Assembly (NCBI GenBank): GCA_038279365.1 | Contig: JAYODI010000076.1 | Span: 8,848-28,023, forward strand | Length of the DNA: 19,176 nucleotides | Direction of reading: 5' to 3' | DNA from: Candidatus Latescibacterota bacterium | GTDB taxonomy: Bacteria; Latescibacterota; UBA2968 | Shown: piece by piece, positions 1 to 7,688 of the stretch | Layout of the letters: the number at the start of each line of letters is the position of its first letter | Position numbering within the stretch: the first letter of the stretch is position 1 | Position numbers and translations under genes: made by a program | The notes under the pieces: generated by a model | What the model was told of the DNA's origin: nothing | Database searches by the model: none | Seen by the model: only the letters and a program-made list of their open reading frames with translations

Positions 1-1
1 T

Positions 2-1576
2 CAAATCAGGTGGCGACGGCACAACATCAACTGGCACACTGGCAAATACAGTATTATTTGTTTCATTGGTTTCTGTTTCAATGTTACTTGCATCTGCTAT
101 AGCCACCAGACGATAGGTACCAATGGCTTGTTGCGACGGAATGGTCATTGAAAAAGCAACAGCCTTTCGATCACCAGAGTTCAAAATATCCGTAACAGTG
201 GTATTGCCAACGCGCACGTCATCTGCATTGCCAATCGAATCATCAACACTAAGCCATAACGAAACCTGAAAAGCACCCGTTGTTACACCGTCACCTTGAT
301 TAACCACATCTAAACGAACATCATACACATGACTGCGTTCGACAGGTGTACTGGCAACCACATTTTCGACAACAAGATCAGGAGGAGATGGCACCACTGA
401 TACCGCCAAACCAATAAGCGCATTATTTGTCTCATTTAACTCAGACACAAAACCCACTTCATCAACAACTGCAATCCATTGATACGAACGATAAGCTTGT
501 AATGCAGGAATGGTCACCTGCACCGTGACAGCCCGTGTCGAATCGACGCCCAATACACCACTAATGGCCGCATCACCCACCCGAATGTCATCTCCATTGC
601 CCACTATCAGATCTTCACTTAAAAAAATAACCACATCAAAATCACTGGTATTGGTACCCGTTCCTTGATTTTTAATTTGTGTCGTTACAGCATACGTTCC
701 CCTGCGATAAACACCATTTGGCCCAGAAGGGGGTGCCGAAACAATCAAATCGGCCAACTTTTCAACCACCACCGTCGCATTGCCAACCCGCAAATTATTT
801 GTCTCTTGCGACTCGCCCTCAACATTGGCAACATCAATCACGGCCAACCATTGAAAATTTCCAAGTGTATGGCTTGAGGGAATGACCACTGAAAGTTGCA
901 CCGTACGCGATGTATTTTCAAAGACCTTGTCGCTCACAGTTGTGCGCCCCACTTCCACATCGGAACTGTCTCTGATGCTGTCTGCACTTAAAAATATGGC
1001 AATCTCAAAGGCATTTTGTGTGGGACCCGCCCCTTGATTTTTAAAATCGAGGGCAAGCGTATAATTGCCATTTAAATTGACTTCGGCGGGTCCTGTAGGC
1101 CCAGACGTAAGCACCAAATCGGCTGGTGGCGCAACAACCTGTACATCGTTTCCCACACCTACATTGTTGTTTTCATTTGACTCTGCAATTAAATTGGCCC
1201 CATCTACCTTCGCCAACCACTTATACCCACCCAATGTCAGCAAGGAAGGGACACGCACAGGTATTTTTACCGATACAGAATCACCCGGAATCAATACAGA
1301 AGCAATTGCAACATCGCCCACTGCACGATCCCCCACATCCAAAAGTGTATCCGCACTGAGATAAACCGTGACATCAAACTGCGTTTTTACGGTGTCAGCA
1401 CCCGTATTGTGCAAAGTTACAGATACAGTATCATTTTGGGATCGAATGACTTGCAAGGATCCCAAAGGACCTTGAGACAGGGTCAAATCGGGTTGTGTTT
1501 GACCATAGGCCCAATTTGGAAAACCGATACAAACCAATATCGTAATACCAACAACCACCCAAAACCGTTTTGGCAT
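2..1576 (-). CDS. Secreted/cell-surface protein with tandem CARDB (Ig-like) domains; 3' end lies beyond the window
   Basis: Manual translation: ATG at 1576 preceded by GAGGG, open for 525 codons to the window edge. N-terminus MPKRFWVVVGITILVCIGFPNWAYG-QT resembles a Sec signal peptide. It is followed by 123-124-aa repeats with pattern (P/A)DL...N(Q/T)G...F.(V/I)...LS.D...D..VG...P...E.(N/Q)E.NN, typical of CARDB. Confidence 0.9.
   Translation of the reverse strand, partial: MPKRFWVVVGITILVCIGFPNWAYGQTQPDLTLSQGPLGSLQVIRSQNDTVSVTLHNTGADTVKTQFDVTVYLSADTLLDVGDRAVGDVAIASVLIPGDSVSVKIPVRVPSLLTLGGYKWLAKVDGANLIAESNENNNVGVGNDVQVVAPPADLVLTSGPTGPAEVNLNGNYTLALDFKNQGAGPTQNAFEIAIFLSADSIRDSSDVEVGRTTVSDKVFENTSRTVQLSVVIPSSHTLGNFQWLAVIDVANVEGESQETNNLRVGNATVVVEKLADLIVSAPPSGPNGVYRRGTYAVTTQIKNQGTGTNTSDFDVVIFLSEDLIVGNGDDIRVGDAAISGVLGVDSTRAVTVQVTIPALQAYRSYQWIAVVDEVGFVSELNETNNALIGLAVSVVPSPPDLVVENVVASTPVERSHVYDVRLDVVNQGDGVTTGAFQVSLWLSVDDSIGNADDVRVGNTTVTDILNSGDRKAVAFSMTIPSQQAIGTYRLVAIADASNIETETNETNNTVFASVPVDVVPSPPDL
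11..1492 (-). repeat. Four complete intragenic CARDB repeats (369, 369, 372 and 372 nt); a fifth starts at 10
   Basis: PDL/ADL motifs start at 1492, 1123, 754, 382 and 10. Similarity is clear in protein and weak in DNA. Confidence 0.85.
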
Positions 1577-1633
1577 AGTACCCTCAACACAGCAAAACAC
1601 CACCAAACACAACAATATGGTGTGCAGATCGTC

Positions 1634-1662
1634 ATTATAAATAAATACCGAACGAAAATGAA
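1634..1662 (-). promoter_or_regulatory. Candidate proximal sigma70 promoter for the CARDB gene
   Basis: Minus strand TTCATT (1662-1657), 17-nt spacer, TATAAT (1639-1634). Perfect -10, weak -35. Confidence 0.45.
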
Positions 1663-1666
1663 AGTG

Positions 1667-1762
1667 AGCGTGACATGACCTATCCAAACGCCATGCGCCA
1701 ATCGAAGGGGTACGACGGTGCAAAGCAGTGAGAACGGGGCGTTCTCCTAGATCAAATACGCC
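1667..1762 (-). ncRNA. Candidate structured leader RNA or small RNA (three-way junction)
   Basis: Hand-folded: closing stems GGCGU/ACGCU and UGAUCUA/UAGGUCA enclose hairpin GAGAACG-CCC-CGUUCUC (1746-1730) and an imperfect hairpin (1726-1690) with loop UACCCCUU. It starts just downstream of the 1802-1774 promoter. No known family recognised. Confidence 0.3.
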
Positions 1763-1773
1763 TGATAATGATT

Positions 1774-1802
1774 AAGATAAGCCTTTGTTTTTTTTAAGTC
1801 AA
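1774..1802 (-). promoter_or_regulatory. Sigma70 promoter (distal) directed toward the CARDB gene
   Basis: Minus strand TTGACT (1802-1797), 17-nt spacer, TATCTT (1779-1774). Confidence 0.65.
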
Positions 1803-1830
1803 GCTGTACCCTATAACCCATAAGCCCAAG

Positions 1831-1859
1831 TTGACATTCGTAAGCCCCACACCTATATT
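1831..1859 (+). promoter_or_regulatory. Sigma70 promoter of the NTT-HEAT / cNMP / secretin operon
   Basis: TTGACA (1831-1836), 17-nt spacer, TATATT (1854-1859). Near consensus, 45 nt upstream of ATG 1905. Confidence 0.8.
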
Positions 1860-1904
1860 TCTTTTGCTAAAATTTGCCCCATCCGTCTTCAACCTGAAAA
1901 AAAC

Positions 1905-4658
1905 ATGCCGTTATTAACCCTATCGCTCCAAGACAGATCTCGCTTTATATGGGTGACATTGGCCTTTATGTGTGTCACGTCAGCGGCATTGGTTGCACGT
2001 ACCACTGCAGACACGCTCTTTTTGTCTCAATTTGGTTATGAACATCTGTCTTATATGTACTTGGGCACAGCAGTTGTCGTCAGCACAGTTGCCTTTATTT
2101 ATAGTTCTTTGATTGGTCGCCTGTCTGTTGTGCGCCTAATTGGATTGAGCATCGGATTTTTGATGCTGATTTTGATCCTGCTGCGCATCGGACTCACTTC
2201 TTCTTGGAAGGGTGTTTACATCATTGCCTATTTTGCGGGTGACCTCATCGTCCATGTGCCCATCATGCTATTTTGGAGCTTTGCTGTCCTCTTATTTGAT
2301 CCGCGTCAGGCCAAACGGCTCTTTGGTTTTATCGGTGCTGGTGGAACGCTTGGATGCATTTTAATTGGCATCGTTATCAAACCCATTGCCTCCGCTTTTG
2401 GTACCCCCACATTAATTATACTGATTTTCGGTTTGCTTACCTGTTTTCTGCTCATTACCTTGCGCTTATCGCAAACAGAAGCACAACGATTTACCCTCCC
2501 AAAGCAGCCTCGCCTCCCCCAATCTCAACTTCAACAATATTCCCGACACATCAAAACGCCTCAAATCAGATATCTCATTGGACTTGTATTTATTGCCAAT
2601 ATTGCTTTAGCACTTATTGACTACCAATTTAAAGCCGGAGCACGTCAACATTATACCGTACATGAACTGGCTGGATTTTTTGGTAATTTTTACGCATACA
2701 CCAGCATTGTAGCACTCTTTATACAGCTTTTTCTGGTACACCAAATCCTCAACAAAGGGGGCATCAAGTTGGGGTTATGCCTTTTGCCCATAGGAATCTT
2801 GGTGGGCAGTATCGGCACGCTGATAACCGCCCAATTCTCATGGATATTGGGCACAAAAGCCATTGTTCAGGTTTTTTTATTCACCATTGACATTGCCGCA
2901 CTCCAAATGCTATACATGGGCATACCTATCGCTTCGCGCAATCAAGCACGAGCATTTGCCGACGGCATTACCAAACCCATAGCAATAGCAACTGCCGGCA
3001 TTGGTCTTATTGGTCTTGCCCAACTTCTTCCATTGCATCTATTGGCAATAGGTGGCACCATCTTATCCATTTTATGGCTCTTGTTGGTCCATACCAACAG
3101 CAAAGCTTATGTCTCTGCACTCATAGACTCCTTGGGGACCAAACAGTTTGATCTCACACAGGAAACCGCTCAGTTTCAAGACATTACAGTGGCCTCATAT
3201 GTAAGAGAAGCCTTGCAAACCTCTCCCGATGGAGACATCATCTATTTACTTAATATGACGCAGGACATACCTCAAATTGACTGGACAGAAGAATATCGAC
3301 ACCTAATTAACAAAGAGTCACCAGAAATAAAAATATTGGCCATTCGGCATTTAAAAGAAAAAGGCAACCAAACAGATGCCAATACACTCATACCACTATT
3401 AGAACATACAAATTCCAAAGTGCGCAGTGAAGCCATTCGGGCCCTATCCACATTAGGATCTCCAGATATCATCTCAAACCTTACGCCCTATCTGCATGAT
3501 CCAGATCTTCGCGTTCAAGCTGCGACCATTGCAAGTTTGGTCAATGCTGGTGACCTGGATCAACTGATCGATGCGGGCATTGCATTGAGGCAACTTTTAA
3601 ACGCCGATAAAACATCTCACAGAGTTGCAGCAGCACATGCCTTGGCCGATATTAAAGATTCTGTTTTGCACCGAGCTTATATCGGCTTATTACAAGATCC
3701 AAAACCAGAGGTTCAGCAAGCGGCTTTGACATCTTGCCGTGCCCATCCCGACCCTAAATTGTTACCTATTTTAATTCCATTATTGTCAAATCCAGAAATT
3801 GGCCTAACCGTTGCCGATGTCTTGGCTGGTTTTGGTCACTCCGTACGCGATAAACTCGTGCCTCTACTCATTCCCCAAAACAATGAACCTGCATTTTCGG
3901 GGGTTCATCTCATCCCACAAATATTGGTTGCCATAGGTGACACTTCGATACTGCCAGTTTTATATCAAGCATCAGATACACCAAACCACCTCTTGCGCCA
4001 CAACGCCTTACAAGCTTATGCGAGCCTGCTCAAAAAATTATCCACACATAAGCCCTACCTTTCAGAAATCTACGCGCAAATTCAAAAAGAAATGTCATTG
4101 GCCCAACACCGCAAAAAACAAATAATAAGCTTGGCCTTAACACCACAAACACAGTTGTTGCGTGACGCGTTCGAGAATATTCAAATGCTCCATCTCAAAA
4201 ACGCCTTTGCACTCATAGATGCGCTCTTGCCCACAATGAACATATTGACCATTCGAGATACATTATTGCGAAACGACAAAACTCAGAATAATGCCCTTGA
4301 AATTTTGGACAATGTATTACCCAAACAATGTAAGCAAGAAGTCATAGTTTTTTTTGAATCAGGCAATCAAAAACCAACCCAAACTGATCCCATAGCTTTT
4401 GACCAAATATTGTCAAAAGAAGAAGATATTTGGGTTATTTGTGGTGCGCTCATGGCCATTGCATCCTTAAAAACCCCAATAGATGAATATTTACTCCTAT
4501 CCAATCTAACACATCCCCATCCTGTCGTTAGAGAGACAACACTTTATACATTGCGCGAACAAAATAAGTTACACATATTTGACAATCAATATCACACACT
4601 CTTAGAAGACCCTGACGAAAGCGTGAAAATGTTGGCCCATCAATATTTAAAAAAATAG
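1905..4658 (+). CDS. NTT/TLC (Npt1/Npt2-like ATP/ADP or nucleotide exchanger, MFS fold) transporter fused to C-terminal HEAT repeats
   Basis: About 400 N-terminal aa with roughly 12 hydrophobic segments and motifs FWSFAVLLFDPRQAKRLFGFIGAGG, LIDYQF, LAGFFGNF and LYMGIP..SR..ARAFADG. Then HEAT/PBS-lyase-like repeats (LIPLLEHTNSKVRSEAIRAL, LHDPDLRVQAATIASL, LLQDPKPEVQQAAL, LTHPHPVVRETTL). Confidence 0.85.
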   Translation: MPLLTLSLQDRSRFIWVTLAFMCVTSAALVARTTADTLFLSQFGYEHLSYMYLGTAVVVSTVAFIYSSLIGRLSVVRLIGLSIGFLMLILILLRIGLTSSWKGVYIIAYFAGDLIVHVPIMLFWSFAVLLFDPRQAKRLFGFIGAGGTLGCILIGIVIKPIASAFGTPTLIILIFGLLTCFLLITLRLSQTEAQRFTLPKQPRLPQSQLQQYSRHIKTPQIRYLIGLVFIANIALALIDYQFKAGARQHYTVHELAGFFGNFYAYTSIVALFIQLFLVHQILNKGGIKLGLCLLPIGILVGSIGTLITAQFSWILGTKAIVQVFLFTIDIAALQMLYMGIPIASRNQARAFADGITKPIAIATAGIGLIGLAQLLPLHLLAIGGTILSILWLLLVHTNSKAYVSALIDSLGTKQFDLTQETAQFQDITVASYVREALQTSPDGDIIYLLNMTQDIPQIDWTEEYRHLINKESPEIKILAIRHLKEKGNQTDANTLIPLLEHTNSKVRSEAIRALSTLGSPDIISNLTPYLHDPDLRVQAATIASLVNAGDLDQLIDAGIALRQLLNADKTSHRVAAAHALADIKDSVLHRAYIGLLQDPKPEVQQAALTSCRAHPDPKLLPILIPLLSNPEIGLTVADVLAGFGHSVRDKLVPLLIPQNNEPAFSGVHLIPQILVAIGDTSILPVLYQASDTPNHLLRHNALQAYASLLKKLSTHKPYLSEIYAQIQKEMSLAQHRKKQIISLALTPQTQLLRDAFENIQMLHLKNAFALIDALLPTMNILTIRDTLLRNDKTQNNALEILDNVLPKQCKQEVIVFFESGNQKPTQTDPIAFDQILSKEEDIWVICGALMAIASLKTPIDEYLLLSNLTHPHPVVRETTLYTLREQNKLHIFDNQYHTLLEDPDESVKMLAHQYLKK

Positions 4659-4706
4659 AAATTGCCCTTTTAAATCTGCCAACAAATAAACCCGAATGAT
4701 CTTATT

Positions 4707-5138
4707 ATGATACTTGTACAAAAAATACTTTTTCTAAAAAATGTGCCCCTCTTTTCAAGTATGCCTCCAAGTGACTTAAGCCACTTGGCAAAGATCGCGG
4801 AAGAAATCATCTATCAAACAGGTGAAACAATTATCACACAAGGCGAACATGGAGAACGTCTGTATCTCATTGTTCATGGTACCGTATCGGTGCTACAAAA
4901 TGGTTCGCCCGTTGCCACACTGTCCGACACACATTTTTTTGGCGAGATGAGCATTTTAGATGGTGAACCTCGTTCGGCATCGGTAAAAGCCACATCAGAC
5001 TGCCTTCTTTTAAGTATCAGCAAAGACGATTTTTATACGATATTAAGCCGTTACCCCAAAGTATCTTTACATATTATTCGCACACTGACCCAACGCCTAC
5101 GCCAAACCAACCAAACCGAACCATCCAAACAGGAATAG
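4707..5138 (+). CDS. Stand-alone cyclic nucleotide-binding (cNMP) domain protein
   Basis: LKNVPLFS, IITQGEHGERLYLIVHGTV and phosphate-binding cassette FFGEMSILDGEPRSASV. No C-terminal CRP helix-turn-helix. Confidence 0.92.
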   Translation: MILVQKILFLKNVPLFSSMPPSDLSHLAKIAEEIIYQTGETIITQGEHGERLYLIVHGTVSVLQNGSPVATLSDTHFFGEMSILDGEPRSASVKATSDCLLLSISKDDFYTILSRYPKVSLHIIRTLTQRLRQTNQTEPSKQE

Positions 5139-5144
5139 TCCGTT

Positions 5145-7613
5145 ATGACAGGCACGCTTACCAAATATATCAGATTGATTTTTTTGGCAGCCTTACTGTT
5201 TGTGCCAACAAACTCCATATTGGCGCAATCAACATATTCCACACCTTCAATAATATGGACATCACCTTATCGATCTCTTACCAAAAACCAAGAGCTAATC
5301 GATACCTTCATAGCCAAAATCACTGTTTACTTTAATTACTACGAAATCACCCCCGTACCAAGCAATGCCCGCTTGATTCAAATCCAAGGCATGGCCCAAC
5401 AGCGCTATTTAATAAAAAAGGAACCCAATGGTGCCACTCGAAACATTGAACTTGGGCTTATGGCATTTCCAGAAGGTGGGTTTGAAATATACCTTTATGG
5501 ACAAGAATTTTATGCCGATGGTTCATCACAACACAACCCCGACCTGGCTCAAATCCAAAGCATATTCACACAAATAGAACAAGAAATAAAAACACAACAA
5601 GATAACCCTGGTGTAGATGCTTTAGATTATCAGATTTATCACCTTAGTTATGTGCAAAGCGACCGTGCTATAGCCCTACTCAAATCATTGGGATTTACAA
5701 CTGTTGAATACACTCAGGTATTGGGCGAAACACCTTTTGATAAAATTTACACACCCTATCAAAATGGCCAGTGGAAGTTGCCCGTTATCATTAAACTCAT
5801 CGATGCCAATAAAACAAGCTTAATGGACGCTCCCCCCACAGTCCAATACCAACAACAACAACAGCGCTCACAATATTCTGCCGTACCAGATATTGGTGGT
5901 ACCTATTTGCACAACACCACAGCGGGAGAACCCCAACAACGCTTGCTGATTGCATATAATAAAAACCAGCCCGAAGTTGCAGAGCGCCTGCTTACACTCT
6001 TGAGAGATAAAATAGACAGACCTGCTCGCCAAATTGTTATAGAAGCCTTGGTCATAGAAGTAAACACAGATAAAATTCAAGAATTGGGCATAGATTTACG
6101 GGCCGCAGACAGTGACTATGATGTGTCTTTTGAGCAGGATCAAAACGGCAACGATCTGCCCTTTTCTTTTTCGTTTAACAGAAATGCCTTTAGTAATATT
6201 TTGTTTTTCCGTAGCAAACTAAGTGCACTGGTCACTGCTGGTGACGCCGAAATATTATCCAGCCCATCCGTATTGGTTTTGGACGGGAGACAAGCAAGAA
6301 TTCAAGTGGGCCAGCAAGTCCCGGTGGTCAAATCTACATCTACAAATGCCGGTATCATCTCATCAGTTGAATATTTCCCTGTTGGCATTGTCTTAAACCT
6401 TCGCCCACGTCTTAGCGAAGATGGTACAGAAGTCACCATGCAAGTTGAAACCATTGTCAGTGCCGTAAGCCAAACCGCAGGTGCACAAACTGAATTCTTT
6501 GTGGCCCCTACCGTCGACAACCGACAAGTTCAAACCTTTGTGCGGGTTGCAGATAACACACCCTTTATTATTGGAGGACTCATATCAAAAGATGTCCGTC
6601 AAAAAACAAGCAGTGTCCCCATATTGTCAGATATCCCCATTTTAGGTAATGCTTTTAAACGGAAAAATTCGGACAATGTCAAAAAGGAAGTCATTGTGGT
6701 TCTCACACCACATGTGATGCCACTGGACGAAGACAACTTTAGTTATGTCATTCCCAAAGACTCTGACATATTTAACTCATTTGACAACATTCTCTTTCGC
6801 AATGCCTATCGCATTCGAGATGACGACGTCTTTGATCTCAAATTTATTTATGAGAGCAACTTTTTTCAAAAGTTGCTTACCGAAGTCAACTTGCAAGTGG
6901 ACATGAACCCCCTATTGCATACCCAAGAACCTTATGCCCAACTTTTAGATGGTGCCGTTCCAGGCGAAGAAATTCTTGTTCGCAGAATGATTTGGGAACT
7001 GGCTCACAAAACGGGCTTTTCCAACCACATAGATGACGCTCGAATTATTGTTTTTGAAGACAAACCTGACGCGCCAGATAGCAGTGGATTTAGAACAGCC
7101 TTTACGCACCAGTTGTTGGCACAACGCCAACAAAATGGACACAACACGCTCGAACTGACATTTGATGCCCGCTTTAATGGCTCAGAGGAACATCCGTTTG
7201 CCCAACCCAAGGCATCTATTGGCTACCTAGACATTCAAAGTCCTACAGACTATGTAACGCGTTTGATGGTGGGTAATCAACGCAGCCCAGATGGCACGCC
7301 AAACAAATGGACGGTATTGCTTTCCGATACAAATCCTCCAGGTGTTCGCAGAGCTACCACGATGGAAGTACTGAAAGGGGTGTTGGTATTAAAACGTATT
7401 TTGGCACTTAATAAAACACTTCCATTAACGGTTAAAGAATTTCGTGTGGGGCGTCAACTGATCTTCCCTACAGAGCAAGACTTGGAACAGCGCTATCATA
7501 TTTTAGACAGAGATGCCGCTCGTTATTTCTTTGAAGTGATTCAATATTACCCAGAATTTGAAAAATCATTTAACATTGAAACTCGGAAAATTTTGGAACA
7601 ACTTCAAAAATAA
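5145..7613 (+). CDS. Secretin (GspD/PilQ-like outer-membrane channel) with a single N3-type domain and a long C-terminal extension
   Basis: Signal peptide (...LLFVPTNSILA-QS). N3/NolW-like YHLSYVQSDRAIALL...IDRPARQIVIEALVIEV. Secretin core ILSSPSVLVLDGRQARIQVGQQVPV, VGIVLNLRP, PFIIGGLI, VPILSDIPILGNAFK, EVIVVLTPHVM (ends near aa 525). About 297 further aa unassigned. Confidence 0.9.
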   Translation: MTGTLTKYIRLIFLAALLFVPTNSILAQSTYSTPSIIWTSPYRSLTKNQELIDTFIAKITVYFNYYEITPVPSNARLIQIQGMAQQRYLIKKEPNGATRNIELGLMAFPEGGFEIYLYGQEFYADGSSQHNPDLAQIQSIFTQIEQEIKTQQDNPGVDALDYQIYHLSYVQSDRAIALLKSLGFTTVEYTQVLGETPFDKIYTPYQNGQWKLPVIIKLIDANKTSLMDAPPTVQYQQQQQRSQYSAVPDIGGTYLHNTTAGEPQQRLLIAYNKNQPEVAERLLTLLRDKIDRPARQIVIEALVIEVNTDKIQELGIDLRAADSDYDVSFEQDQNGNDLPFSFSFNRNAFSNILFFRSKLSALVTAGDAEILSSPSVLVLDGRQARIQVGQQVPVVKSTSTNAGIISSVEYFPVGIVLNLRPRLSEDGTEVTMQVETIVSAVSQTAGAQTEFFVAPTVDNRQVQTFVRVADNTPFIIGGLISKDVRQKTSSVPILSDIPILGNAFKRKNSDNVKKEVIVVLTPHVMPLDEDNFSYVIPKDSDIFNSFDNILFRNAYRIRDDDVFDLKFIYESNFFQKLLTEVNLQVDMNPLLHTQEPYAQLLDGAVPGEEILVRRMIWELAHKTGFSNHIDDARIIVFEDKPDAPDSSGFRTAFTHQLLAQRQQNGHNTLELTFDARFNGSEEHPFAQPKASIGYLDIQSPTDYVTRLMVGNQRSPDGTPNKWTVLLSDTNPPGVRRATTMEVLKGVLVLKRILALNKTLPLTVKEFRVGRQLIFPTEQDLEQRYHILDRDAARYFFEVIQYYPEFEKSFNIETRKILEQLQK

Positions 7614-7629
7614 AAGAAATCTACCAAAT

Positions 7630-7668
7630 TTAAAAAGCCCTTGGGAAGTAATCCCAAGGGCTTTTTAA
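7630..7668. terminator. Bidirectional intrinsic terminator between the convergent secretin and flagellin-like genes
   Basis: Perfect 17-bp inverted repeat TTAAAAAGCCCTTGGGA-agtaa-TCCCAAGGGCTTTTTAA, giving a T5 tract on both strands. Confidence 0.92.
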
Positions 7669-7688
7669 GTTGTCATTGCGATGTCTTT

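Noticed and set aside
1635-1676. 13-codon minus-strand uORF (MSRSLSFSFGIYL) as a leader peptide
   Set aside because: Weak SD, no regulatory codon run, and it overlaps a predicted promoter. Not supportable.
665-1701. Short ORFs from the track (665..877, 679..885, 1065..1364, 1126..1359, 1409..1678, 1483..1701)
   Set aside because: They are antisense or out-of-frame shadows of the CARDB gene and its leader, with no recognisable motifs.
1683-1730. Plus-strand resemblance to a c-di-GMP-I riboswitch (GAAG...GACGGTGCAAAGC)
   Set aside because: It lacks the GGCAAAC/GNRA-receptor arrangement, lies upstream of the rightward promoter and is antisense to the CARDB leader.
4656-5147. TAG readthrough or recoding joining NTT-HEAT, cNMP and secretin (all in the same frame)
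   Set aside because: An in-frame TAA follows the first TAG, the secretin has its own signal peptide and AGGA, and TAG ends other genes at expected C-termini (16957). Shared frame has a 1 in 9 chance.
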